From: an uncultured delta proteobacterium
GTDB lineage: Bacteria; Myxococcota; UBA727; VGSZ01
Length of the DNA: 64,000 nt
NCBI GenBank assembly: GCA_963775425.1
Contig: CAVZJB010000008.1
Span: forward strand, 266,749 to 330,748
Direction: 5' to 3'
The notes beneath the pieces were generated by a model. That model saw nothing but the letters and a program-made list of their open reading frames with translations. It was not told the DNA's origin and did not search any database. Shown in pieces: positions 32,020 through 41,829 of this stretch. A program made the position numbers and the translations under genes. How positions within the stretch are numbered: the stretch's first letter is position 1; each line of letters starts with the position of its first letter.

Positions 32020-33015
32020 GTGGACGTCCCCGACATCCTGCAAGAGCTCGTCAACGAAGGTGTCATCGATGACGTGCGCGCCCGCTTGATGTCGGGCAAG
32101 GAAGCTTCGGTCTTCGTCGTCTCTCGTGGCGACGAGCTGCTCGCGGCCAAGGTCTACAAGGCGCGCAACCAGCGGACCTTCAAGGCGACGTCGAGCTACA
32201 CCGAGGGCCGTAACCAGACGCGCAACACGCGCGACAAGCGCGCGATGAACAAGCGCACGAGCTACGGCAAGGAGCTCGCGGAGGCGAGCTGGCGCGAGAT
32301 GGAGTACCAGGCGCTGTGCAACGCGTTCCACGCGGGCGTGCGCGTCCCCGAGCCGCTGCTCCTGTACGAAAACGCCTTGTTGATCGAGCTGCTCGTCGAC
32401 GAGCAGGGGGCGCCGGCGCCGCGCCTCGCCGACTTCGATCTCACGCCCGAGGTGGCCACGCTCCTGCACCGTGAGATCTACGGGCAGGCGCGCCTGCTCC
32501 TGCGCGCAGGTCTCATCCACGGCGACCTCTCGGCGTTCAACATCCTCATCGCGCGCGGTGGGCCCACCCTCATCGACATGCCGCAGGTGGTGGACGCGTC
32601 CACGAACAACAACGCGCCGGCCATCCTGCAGCGCGACCTGCAGAACGTCACGGAGCACCTCGCGCGCTTCGACGCGCGCCTGCTGCGCTTTCGCGATTGC
32701 GGATCGGCGCTGTGGCAGCACTACCGTCGCGGCGACCTCGACCGTGCGCTCGAGCCCGAGGAGGGCGGCGTGCGTCGTCACGATGCCCGCGGACACCGAG
32801 GGCGCCGCGCCCGCGACGCCGAGCGCAACCGCGCGGGGCGCGGGGCGCATGATCCGCGGCCGGCGCAGCACGCGCCCCGCGACGCGGCGCCTCCGCGCGA
32901 CCCGCGGCCGCCCCACGCTCCACCCCGGCAACAGCACCCGCAGCGCAACAACCGCCGCCCGCAGAAGCCGGGCCCGGTCATCGAGCGCGTCCCGTCATCT
33001 CCCCGCGATTGCTGA
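32020..33015 (+). CDS. RIO1-family atypical protein kinase with basic Arg/Pro-rich C-terminal tail
   Basis: LMSGKEASVFVV...LLAAKVYK...ALLIELLVDE...LIHGDLSAFNILI...LIDMPQVVD are RIO kinase signatures. The start is assigned to the GTG at 32020 and is uncertain. Confidence 0.7.
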   Translation: MDVPDILQELVNEGVIDDVRARLMSGKEASVFVVSRGDELLAAKVYKARNQRTFKATSSYTEGRNQTRNTRDKRAMNKRTSYGKELAEASWREMEYQALCNAFHAGVRVPEPLLLYENALLIELLVDEQGAPAPRLADFDLTPEVATLLHREIYGQARLLLRAGLIHGDLSAFNILIARGGPTLIDMPQVVDASTNNNAPAILQRDLQNVTEHLARFDARLLRFRDCGSALWQHYRRGDLDRALEPEEGGVRRHDARGHRGRRARDAERNRAGRGAHDPRPAQHAPRDAAPPRDPRPPHAPPRQQHPQRNNRRPQKPGPVIERVPSSPRDC

Positions 33016-33155
33016 AGCGGCGACAGGATCCGGGCGCGAACGTGGCGTCGCCGTCGCGGCTGCGCCGAGGCCCAGGTCACCGGCGCCGGTGACGGGAGCA
33101 GGCTCAGGGCGCCCCGAGCTTGTCGGCGTGCGCGCCGCGGGCGAGCATCGATGCC

Positions 33156-35949
33156 ATGCCGATATCGCTGCGCTCTTCCGCGGCTGTCTGCCTCGCGCTC
33201 GCCGCCGCCGCTTCGCCTTCGTGCAACTGCGGAGACGACGCTCTCGTCAAGCTGGTGGTGCTCGGCGCCGTACAGCCGAGCCTCGACTTCGGCCAGCGTT
33301 TCGTCGGGTCGTCGACGCAGGCGACGGTGACCGTCGGCAGCCAGGGGACGGCGCCGCTCGACCTCAGCGACGCATCGGTGGCGGGCGGCGGCTTCACCAT
33401 CGTCGGCGCGGCGCCGATCGGGGACATTGCGCCCGGCGACAGCGCAGAGGTCGTCGTCGAGCTCGAATCCGACCGTGGCGGGCCCCGCTTCCGGCTCGCT
33501 CACCATCACCACCAACGCGAGCAACGGACCCGTCTTCACCGTCGCTCTTACCGGCGAGGGGCTCGCGCCGCTCGAGTGCCCGCCCGACGAGGCGTGCAAG
33601 CAGCTCACGTTCGATCCGGACACGGGCACCTGCGTGATCGAGATCCGCACGGGCGCGTGCGACGACGGATCCGTGTGCACGACCCAAGATCACTGCGACC
33701 AGGGCTCATGCGTCGGCGAGGCCGTCCAGTGCCCCACGGAGGGGGAGTGCGGGCGCGGGGTGTGCGACGCGCAGCTCGGCTGCCTGGCCATCCCCGACGC
33801 CGACCTCTGCGACGACGGGCAGCCCTGCACCGTCGAGAGCTGCGACGCCGACCTCGGGTGCACGCACCTCACGCTCGCTGACGGCGCGCCCTGCGGCCAC
33901 TTCGACACGTGCCACGTCGGCACGTGCAGCGCGGGCTCGTGCATCGTCAGCACCCTGCCAGACGGCGCGGCTTGCGACGACGGGCTCCTGTGCACCGCCG
34001 ACGACCAGTGCCGTTCCGGCGCCTGCGGCGGCGTCCGCGGCGAGACCACGCCGGTGCCCGCGGCGGTGTCGAGCGCGTTCGGCTTCGGCGAGGCGTTCAT
34101 GATGCCCGACATCGAAGGTGCACCCGACGACGTCGCGTTCCTCTTCACGGAGTCGCACCTGGTGCGCGCGCAGGGCGGAGCGCTCGCTCTCGTCGACACG
34201 GCGCCCGGCCCGCCGAGCGCCGCCGACAGCGTGCAGGTCGTCGCCACGTCGTTCGGCGCCGTCGGCGCGGCCTTCGGCTCGCCGCTTCACGTCACCACCT
34301 ACGGCGTCTCCGGCGCGACGTTCACCCCGCTCGGCGGCCTGGACCTGGCATCCGAGCTGAACGGCGTCCTCCTCGCCGCCGCCGGCGACCGCGCGTTCGC
34401 CGCCGGCGCCGACATCACCGCCATCGACATCACGAACCCGGCGGCGCCGCACGTCACCGACGCCGTACCGGAGGCGGGCGTCGGCCTCGCCCTCCTCGCC
34501 GTGGGAGACCGCCTCTTCTACGGGCGCTTGGACGGCTTCACGATCTTCGACACCAGCGCCGGGACGCTCGACGTGCTCTCCGACGACAGCGGCGGCGCGG
34601 CGATCGGCCTGGCGCTCTCGGACGCCGGGGTCCTCGCGCTCCGCTCCGACACGCCAAACCGCGTCGTCGCCGATCGTGTCGACGTGCTCGACCCGGTGAC
34701 CGGCGCCGTGACGTCGACGCTCGACGTCGCCGGCCGCAACGTCGCGGCCGTCGCGAGCCACGGGACCCGCGCGGCGCTGATGGGCGACAACGTCGAGCTC
34801 GTCGCGCTGCCTTCCGGGACCGTGCTCGCCAGCGCGCCGCTCTTTCCCGACTACGTTCACGGACAGCCGGCGATGTCGTCGACGCTGCTGTTGGCGAACA
34901 TCGACGGGTTGCCCGGGGCCCGTGCCTTCGACGTGTCGGGTGATGCCCTCGTGCCGCTTACGGCTCCGGGCTACGGCGCGCTCGGGCGCCTCACGCGGGC
35001 GGCGCCCGGCCTCGTCCTCGCCGCCAGTGCGTTGTCGGCCAGGCTCATCGACGCCACGGATCCTGCCGGCCCGGCGTTCATCGGCGGCGGCAACCTGCCG
35101 TTTCGGGCGTCGCTCTTCCGGCTCGCCGGCGGCGACCTCGTCACGGCCCCGCCCGGCCTCGGCGACGCCTCCGGATCCTTCGGGCCGCTCACCATCGTCG
35201 ACCTCACCGACGTCGACGCGCCGGTGCTCGAGTCGGCGCGTTCGCTCGCTGCTGCGCTCGACGGCCGGTTCCTGTTTGCGGCCGGCGGCATCGTCGTGTC
35301 GATCTCCGCCCGGCAGCCGGGGTTCGCGTGCGACATCGACTGCTCCATCCCGGGCGGCCGCGTGGTCGCCGAGGCGTTCGACGTCTCGACGTCGCCGCCG
35401 TTCCCCTATCCGCGGCTCGGCGGCGCCACGCTCGCGGTGGACGGCGTCATCGCGTTCTCCGATCTCACCACCGCGTTCGATCCCGCCACGCGTCGCATCG
35501 CGGCGGAGCTCGTCGCCGACAGCGACACCATCATCGTCGTCGACGCCGGCGACCCTACGGCGCCGCGCATCTATCCGCCGTTGGCGGAGCCCGGCTCGTT
35601 CGTCGGGTCGAGGCTCGCTCTCCACGGCGATCGTCTCTACATCCTCACCGCGGCCGGTGTGGTCGTGGAGGACATCGGCGCCGACCTGACGGAGCTCGCC
35701 GACGCGAGCTGGGCGAGCCTCGGCCTCCCCACCGACATCGCCTTCCCCCTCGCCGTCGACGACGAGACGCTGGTGGTCGGCTTCGACGGCCACATCGGCT
35801 TCCTCTCGGTGGCGACGCTGCCGCCGCGGTTGATAGGCGATGTCGCCGTCCCGATCGCGCCGGTGCGGGCGACCGCCGACGGCGATCGCCTCGTCGTCAG
35901 CGACCTCGCCCAGATCATGACGCTGACACCCGCCTGTCCACCGCCCTAG
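33156..35949 (+). CDS. Lipoprotein with choice-of-anchor-D-like Ig domain, Cys-rich repeats and LVIVD-like beta-propeller repeats; frameshift near 33470
   Basis: Frame A (33156-): MPISLRSSAAVCLALAAAASPSCNCG...LDFGQRFVGSSTQATVTVGSQGTAPLDLSDASVAGGGFTIVGAAPIGDIAPGDSAEVVVELESDRGGP. Frame B then continues the same domain (..SGSLTITTNASNGPVFTVALTGEG). Repeated Cx(n)GxC modules and LVIVD-like repeats follow to 35949. The indel lies in ggcgggccccgcttccgg. Confidence 0.6.
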
Positions 35950-36067
35950 CGCGCGCGGCCGGGCACCCGCTCGAGCATGCCGGTCCCATCACGCCGGGCC
36001 CCCGCACGGACGCGGATCCGTGTAATGCCGAGGCGCGCGCGGCGTTCAACACCGTGAAGGGGGCGCG

Positions 36068-36637
36068 ATGAGCACACAGGCGTGGCGGGCGGACGCAGAG
36101 GAGCTCACGCGGGTCGCCGCCGGCGACGACGGCGCCTTTCGCCGGCTCTATGACGCCCATCACGGGCGCGTGGTCCGGCTCGCGTATGGCGTGTTGCAGG
36201 ACCGCGAGCAGGCGCGCGACATCGCCCACGACGTCATGATCAAGCTCTTGCGGGCGGCGGCGGCGTGGGAGCCCCACGCCGCCGTGTCCACGTGGCTGCG
36301 TCGGGTGACGCTCAACGAGTGCCTCAGTTGGCGGCGGCGCCTGTTGCGCCGCCGCCGCCACGAGGACCCGGTGGATCCCGCCCCCGCCATCGACGCCACC
36401 GAGAGCGACGCGCCGTCTCCGCACGAGGTCGCCCAGGGCGTGGAGCGCAGGCGCTCCTTGCGGGCGGCGCTCGCCGGGCTGGCGCCGCGGGACCGCGCCA
36501 TCGTGGTCCTTCACGTCGACGAGGGCATGGCCCCGCGGGAGATCGCAGCCACGCTGAGCATGAACGACAACGCCGCGCGGGTCGCCCTGCACCGCGCGCT
36601 CACGCGGCTGCGCGCCGCGCTCGGAGCGACGCCATGA
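36068..36637 (+). CDS. ECF-subfamily RNA polymerase sigma-70 factor
   Basis: Sigma region 2 (FRRLYDAHHGRVVRLAYGVLQDREQARDIAHDVMIKLL) and region 4 (LAPRDRAIVVLHVDEGMAPREIAATLSMNDNAARVALHRALTRLR). Confidence 0.85.
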   Translation: MSTQAWRADAEELTRVAAGDDGAFRRLYDAHHGRVVRLAYGVLQDREQARDIAHDVMIKLLRAAAAWEPHAAVSTWLRRVTLNECLSWRRRLLRRRRHEDPVDPAPAIDATESDAPSPHEVAQGVERRRSLRAALAGLAPRDRAIVVLHVDEGMAPREIAATLSMNDNAARVALHRALTRLRAALGATP

Positions 36638-37587
36638 AGGACGACGACACCAGCCCCAACGACAACGACCTCAAGGCCGCGCTCGGCGCGCACCTCGACG
36701 AGGCGCTGCCCACCGCCGACGAGCGCCGCGAAGATCTCGCCAGCCTCCCGCGCCGCGCCCGCCGCTTTCGCGGCGGCCCGCTCTCCCACGTGGGCGCCGC
36801 CCTCGCCGGCGCCGTCGTCGCCGGCGGCGCCTTCCTGGCGCCGTCGCTGGCGGCGCGTGTGCAGCGCGCGGGGGACGACGCGGGCGGCGCCGGCGTCACC
36901 GTGGACGAGACGGGCAAGGGCGCGCCGCTCGCGGTCCGCGGCGACGCCCGCGTCTTCGCCCGCAGCGTCGCCGCCGCCGCCGGCCGCTTTCGTGGCCTGG
37001 CGGACGTGTTCGCCGAGCGGCGCGTGCGCGACGACAGCGAGCAAGAGCCCGTGCTCGCCGTCTTCGACGACGTCGTCGCCTCGGTCCCCGGCCTCGAGAT
37101 CCGCGCGGACGCGTGCCTCGCCGGCCGCCGCATCGACGTGGTCGCCGACGCCGTCCCCGCCAACGTCCTCCTCGATGTGATCTCCGAGCGCCTCGACCTC
37201 GAGGTGAAGACCAGCGAGAGCGCCGTGGAGTTTCATTGTCGCGGCGTGACGCCCGGCGCCACCACCGTGGTGGACACGCGCCACCGCTGGCCGCCGCCGG
37301 ACCCGCGGCTCTCGCACACGGTGTCGTTGGACGCCGACGACACCACCCTCGATGAGGCGCTCGACATGATCGCGCACATGGAGAAGCTCACCGTGCGCTA
37401 CGGCGCCCGCGCCCACCCGAAGCTCAAGCTCCACCTCGACGACGTCACCCTCGGCACGGCGCTGCAGGCGCTGAGCGAGTCGAGCGGCATCCCGGTGCAC
37501 CTCGACGGCGCAGCCGTCGTCGCCTCCGGCCCCGAGCTGCCCGAGGTGAAGGCGATGTTGGACAACGCACAGGCGAAGCCGCGCTAG
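36634..37587 (+). CDS. Putative membrane-anchored anti-sigma factor (co-transcribed with the ECF sigma factor)
   Basis: ATGA overlap with the sigma gene. An N-terminal ~70-aa cytoplasmic segment, one TM helix (HVGAALAGAVVAGGAFLAPSLAA) and a periplasmic C-terminal domain. Confidence 0.6.
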   Translation: MKDDDTSPNDNDLKAALGAHLDEALPTADERREDLASLPRRARRFRGGPLSHVGAALAGAVVAGGAFLAPSLAARVQRAGDDAGGAGVTVDETGKGAPLAVRGDARVFARSVAAAAGRFRGLADVFAERRVRDDSEQEPVLAVFDDVVASVPGLEIRADACLAGRRIDVVADAVPANVLLDVISERLDLEVKTSESAVEFHCRGVTPGATTVVDTRHRWPPPDPRLSHTVSLDADDTTLDEALDMIAHMEKLTVRYGARAHPKLKLHLDDVTLGTALQALSESSGIPVHLDGAAVVASGPELPEVKAMLDNAQAKPR

Positions 37588-37687
37588 CGAGCTGGGGCGC
37601 CGATCTCGTACGGCCGTGCGCGCTGTCACGAACGACACGCGCACCGTTCGCTGGTGCTGGGCGGCGCTCGGGTCCATAACGCCGCTC

Positions 37688-40600
37688 ATGCGCCAACGGC
37701 AAGCTGCGCCTCTCCAACGAAAGACGGCTTCCCCGGTAAGGCTCAGCCGCTTGCAGCGGGGCATCGAGGTGGGCTTCGCGATGGCGCTCGTGCTCCTCGC
37801 CGTCATCGGCTTCACCGCCTATCGCAGCACGATGGCGGTCGTGTCGGGTGCCGCTGATCAGCAGCGGGCCGACGAGGTCGTCGCCACGCTCGATGCGGTG
37901 GGGCGCGAGCTCGTCGACGCGGAGACGGGAGAGCGCGGCTACGTCGTCACCGGCGATCCGGCGTTCCTGCAGCCGCTGCGGGCCGCCACCGCGAACTTGC
38001 CGGGAGAGATGGCTCACCTGGAGGCGGAGCTGAAGGGCGACCCGGCGCAAGAGCGCCGCGCGCAGCGGCTGCGCCCGGTGATGGAGCGCAAGCTGCGCTG
38101 GGTCGAGCATGTCGTGGACGTGCGCGACACCAAGGGCGTCGCGGTCGCGCGGGATGTCGTCGCCTCCGGACACGGCAAGGCGACCATGGACGCCATGCGC
38201 CACATGCTCGATGAGATGCAGCACGAAGAGGTGCAGGCGGCGGGCCTGGCGCATCCGGGTGGAACCGAGGTCCGCGCCGCGCTCGCCTCCATCGCCGGCG
38301 GCAGCGGTCTCGCCTTCGTCGTCGGCGCGCTCGCGCTCCTGCTGCTGCGCGCGGACAGCCGGCGGCGGCTCCGCGACGAGCAAGTGCTCAGGCTGCAGAG
38401 CCAGATCGTCGACCAGGTCCACGATGCGGTGATCGCCACCGACGTCGACGGCGTCGTGCAAAGCTGGAACCAGGGTGCGGAGCGCATCACGGGTTACACG
38501 CGCGCGGAGGCGCTCGAGCGACCCGTCTCCTTCCTCTACCCTGAGGAGGAGCGGGACATGCACGAGCGCGATGTCATCGCGCCCCTGCAGGCAAAGGGCG
38601 CTCACGAGGTCTCGGTCCGGCTGCGCAAGAAGTCGGGCGAAGACTTCTACGGCCATGTGTCCTTGTCGCTGCTGCGCGATGACGACGGTGAGCCCATCGG
38701 CATGATCGGCTACACCATGGACGTCACCGACCAGCGGCGCGCCGAGGACGCGCTGCGCGTCCGCGCGGAGCAGCAGTCCCGCGTCGCCGCGCTGGGCGAG
38801 CGCGCGCTCGCGTGCGCGAGCCTGCCCGAGCTCCTGCGCGACGCGGTCTCCGTCGTCACCGAGGCGCTCGACGTCGAGCTGTGCGAGCTCCTCGAGCTCC
38901 TCCCCGGGCAGGGCGGGCTGCTGCTGCGCGAGGGCGCCGGCTGGCAGGAGGGCCTGGTCGGCCGAACCACGGTTGACGCAGGCGCCGCGAGTCAGGCCGG
39001 ATACACGCTCGAGCGCGGTGGCCCCGTCGTCGTCGCGGATCTGGGTCGGGAGGCGCGCTTCACCGCGCCGCTGCTGACGGCTCACCAAGCGGTCAGCGGC
39101 ATCACCGTCGTCATTCAGGGACACAAGCGGGCCTTCGGCGTGCTCGGTGCGCACGCGCGCGGGCGCCGTGAGTTCACGGCAGACGACGTGGCGCTCGCGC
39201 AGAGCGTGGCGAACATCGTCGGCCAGTTCGCGGAGCGCACTCACGTCCTCGAGCGCCTGCGCGAGCAGGCCGCGCTGCTCGAGCACGCCCACGACGCCAT
39301 TGTCGTCGTCGACATGCTTGATCGGGTCACGTTCTGGAATCGCGCGGCGGAACGCATCACCGGCTGGCGGGCAGAAGAGACCATCGGCCGGGACCTGCAG
39401 ACGTGCCTGTACTCCGCCGACGTCGAACGCTATCGCCGTGCGCGGCGCAAGATGCTGGAGGACGGAGAGTGGGCAGGTGAGCTGCGGGCCCGCAGCCGCG
39501 ATCACAAGCCCATCGTGAGCCAGGTCAGTTGGACGCTGTTTCACGACGAAGCCGGCCGGCCCCAGGGCGTGCTTGCCATCATGACGGACGTCACCGAGCA
39601 GCGCCTGTTGGAGGCGCAGTTCTATCGAGCACAGCGGCTGGAGAGCATCGGAACGCTGGCGAGCGGCATGGCGCACGATCTCAACAACATCCTGCAGCCC
39701 GTGATGCTGTCGGGACAGTTGCTGCAGAAGCGCCGCCCCGGGCAGGACACGCGGCCGCTCGTCGACATGATCGTGCGCAACTGCCGCCGTGGGGCGGAGC
39801 TGATCCGCCAGGTGTTGTCGTTCGCGCGCGGCGCCGAGTCGGAGCGCGCGCCGCTCGACCCGGCCACCGTCATCGACGAGGTCGCCCCCATGCTGCGGCG
39901 GACCCTGCCCCCTTCGATCACGCTCGAGGTGGATCGCCCTCAGGCGGTTCGTGCCGTCGCCGGCAACGCCACCCAGCTCCATCAGGTCTTGATGAATCTC
40001 TGCGTCAACGCTCGCGACGCCATGCACGGCGCCGGCGTGCTGCACATCGACGTGGCGGACGCGGAGCTGAGCGAAGCGGACGCGCGCAGGCAGCTTGACG
40101 CGCGGGCGGGGTGGTACGTGCGCATCCGCGTCGTGGACACGGGCGTGGGCATCGCGCCCGACCTCATCGACAAGATCTTCGATCCGTTCGTCACCACCAA
40201 GGGCCAGGGAGAGGGGACGGGGCTCGGGTTGAGCACCGTGCGTGGGATCGTGGTCGGGCACGGCGGCTTCATCGCCGTCGACAGCGAGCCGGGGCGCGGC
40301 ACGACCTTCTCCGTCTACCTCCCGGCTCTCGACGAGGCGAGCCAGCCGGCGCCTGCCGGCGCGAGCGCCGCCGCGCTCCCCGGACACGGCGAGCGCATCC
40401 TCGTCATCGATGACGAAGCGGAGGTGCGCGAGGCCACGCGCGACGTGCTCGAGTCGGCGGGGTACCGGGTCGTGACGGCGGAAGACGGGGTGAACGGCGT
40501 GCAGGTGTTCCGCAGCGATGCCGTCGGCTTCCAGGCCGTCGTCACCGACATGGTCATGCCCCGGATGAGCGGCGCGGTCACCATCGAGCGCTTGCGCGAG

Positions 40601-40750
40601 GTGGATCCGCACGTTCGCGTGATCGTCACGAGCGGCGTGCTCGAGCGGAGCGAGGCCGCCGCCTACGGCGCCGTCGCATTCGTGCCCAAGCCCGTCGAGC
40701 TGGACACGCTCCTCGAGGTCGTCGCCGACACGCTCGCGCGACCGGCGTGA
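37688..40750 (+). CDS. Hybrid sensor histidine kinase/response regulator with CHASE3, PAS, GAF, PAS, HisKA/HATPase and receiver domains
   Basis: TM then CHASE3-like periplasmic segment then TM. PAS (VIATDVDGVVQSWNQGAERITGY), GAF, a second PAS, the H-box AHDLNNILQP, N/G boxes (LMNLCVNARDAM, DTGVGI, GLGLSTV) and a receiver (ILVIDDEAEVRE...DMVMP). The start could be 37616. The minus ORF 37445..40612 is a shadow. Confidence 0.85.
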   Translation: MRQRQAAPLQRKTASPVRLSRLQRGIEVGFAMALVLLAVIGFTAYRSTMAVVSGAADQQRADEVVATLDAVGRELVDAETGERGYVVTGDPAFLQPLRAATANLPGEMAHLEAELKGDPAQERRAQRLRPVMERKLRWVEHVVDVRDTKGVAVARDVVASGHGKATMDAMRHMLDEMQHEEVQAAGLAHPGGTEVRAALASIAGGSGLAFVVGALALLLLRADSRRRLRDEQVLRLQSQIVDQVHDAVIATDVDGVVQSWNQGAERITGYTRAEALERPVSFLYPEEERDMHERDVIAPLQAKGAHEVSVRLRKKSGEDFYGHVSLSLLRDDDGEPIGMIGYTMDVTDQRRAEDALRVRAEQQSRVAALGERALACASLPELLRDAVSVVTEALDVELCELLELLPGQGGLLLREGAGWQEGLVGRTTVDAGAASQAGYTLERGGPVVVADLGREARFTAPLLTAHQAVSGITVVIQGHKRAFGVLGAHARGRREFTADDVALAQSVANIVGQFAERTHVLERLREQAALLEHAHDAIVVVDMLDRVTFWNRAAERITGWRAEETIGRDLQTCLYSADVERYRRARRKMLEDGEWAGELRARSRDHKPIVSQVSWTLFHDEAGRPQGVLAIMTDVTEQRLLEAQFYRAQRLESIGTLASGMAHDLNNILQPVMLSGQLLQKRRPGQDTRPLVDMIVRNCRRGAELIRQVLSFARGAESERAPLDPATVIDEVAPMLRRTLPPSITLEVDRPQAVRAVAGNATQLHQVLMNLCVNARDAMHGAGVLHIDVADAELSEADARRQLDARAGWYVRIRVVDTGVGIAPDLIDKIFDPFVTTKGQGEGTGLGLSTVRGIVVGHGGFIAVDSEPGRGTTFSVYLPALDEASQPAPAGASAAALPGHGERILVIDDEAEVREATRDVLESAGYRVVTAEDGVNGVQVFRSDAVGFQAVVTDMVMPRMSGAVTIERLREVDPHVRVIVTSGVLERSEAAAYGAVAFVPKPVELDTLLEVVADTLARPA

Positions 40751-40859
40751 TCCCGCGCCGGGCGCCGCCGGCCCCTGCGCGCAGAAGAGCCGTTCCCCGC
40801 GGCGCCCGGGCGGCCTCGCGCAGGCGACGTCCGCCGATCGACGGACGCGCGACGGTCAA

Positions 40860-40877
40860 AGAAACAGCATTGTTTCT
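40860..40877 (+). promoter_or_regulatory. AT-rich perfect palindrome agaaacaGCATtgtttct, 23 bp upstream of the astacin start; candidate operator
   Basis: A 7-4-7 inverted repeat in an otherwise ~70% GC context. An aaggagg RBS follows at 40887-40893. Confidence 0.4.
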
Positions 40878-40899
40878 ATGTCGCAACCAAGGAGGCCCC

Positions 40900-41793
40900 A
40901 TGATCGCGCGCTCGTCCATCTTCATCGCCCTGCTCCTGACCGCCGCCTGTGGCGCGCCGCCGCCGCTCGACGACGACGGCGCTCCGACGCTCGGCGCGCC
41001 GGGAGAGGGTGTCTGGCGCACCGCCGCGGTGCGGATCGACGATCGGATCGCCACCCTCTCCGTGGAGGACTTCGACGGGACGTACGTCCTCGACGGCGAC
41101 ATCGTGCTCGACCCCGAGGACGTCACCGTGCTCGACGACCACGACGCGCTCGACGCCGGCGGTGTGCAGGCGACGCCGCCGCCCACCGAGGAGCAGGGCC
41201 TGGCGGCCGTGAAGCGCGGCCGGCTGTGGCCCGGCGGCGTCGTCTACTACCGCTTCAGCGCTTCGCTCTCGTCGACGATGCGCCACCGCGTCAAGCGCGC
41301 CATGGCGGCGTGGGAGGACAGGGCGAGCATCGTCTTCGAGAAGGCCGGCCCCGGCCGCGACGACTACGTCTTGATCAAGCCGTTTCAGCACCCCTACTGC
41401 CGCGCGAGCATCGGCCACGGCTCAGGCGTCCGGTACATGTGGCTGAGCCACGTGTGCAGCGTCGGGCTCATCAAGCACGAGCTCGGCCACTCGCTCGGCC
41501 TCTACCACGAGCAGTCGCGGCAGGACCGCGACAAGCACGTGCGCATCCTGTGGAACAACGTCGAGAGGTGGGCCCGCGGCAACTTCGATCGGTACCGGGA
41601 GACCGCCGGCCGCGACGTCGGGCCGTACGACCTCGACTCCATCATGCAGTACAGCTCGTACGCGTTTTCGAAGAACGGCGCGCCCACCATCGTGCGCGTG
41701 AGCGACGGGCGCCCGTTCGGCGGCTACCGCACCGCGATCTCCGATCTGGACGCGCGCTACGTGAAGCGCATCTACGCCCACGCCGCCCAGTGA
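40900..41793 (+). CDS. Astacin-family (M12A) zinc metallopeptidase lipoprotein
   Basis: Lipobox LLLTAACG. HELGHSLGLYHEQSRQDRD is the astacin HExxHxxGxxHE signature. Met-turn SIMQY. The upstream part of track ORF 40747 is R-rich. Confidence 0.85.
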   Translation: MIARSSIFIALLLTAACGAPPPLDDDGAPTLGAPGEGVWRTAAVRIDDRIATLSVEDFDGTYVLDGDIVLDPEDVTVLDDHDALDAGGVQATPPPTEEQGLAAVKRGRLWPGGVVYYRFSASLSSTMRHRVKRAMAAWEDRASIVFEKAGPGRDDYVLIKPFQHPYCRASIGHGSGVRYMWLSHVCSVGLIKHELGHSLGLYHEQSRQDRDKHVRILWNNVERWARGNFDRYRETAGRDVGPYDLDSIMQYSSYAFSKNGAPTIVRVSDGRPFGGYRTAISDLDARYVKRIYAHAAQ

Positions 41794-41829
41794 CGCACCT
41801 CGGGGCGCGCCGGGGCACCCCGGCGCCCG

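Noticed and set aside
37445-40612. 1055-aa minus-strand ORF
   Set aside because: Antisense to the hybrid histidine kinase, which carries an H-box, N/G boxes and a receiver. The shadow translation is R/D/A-rich.
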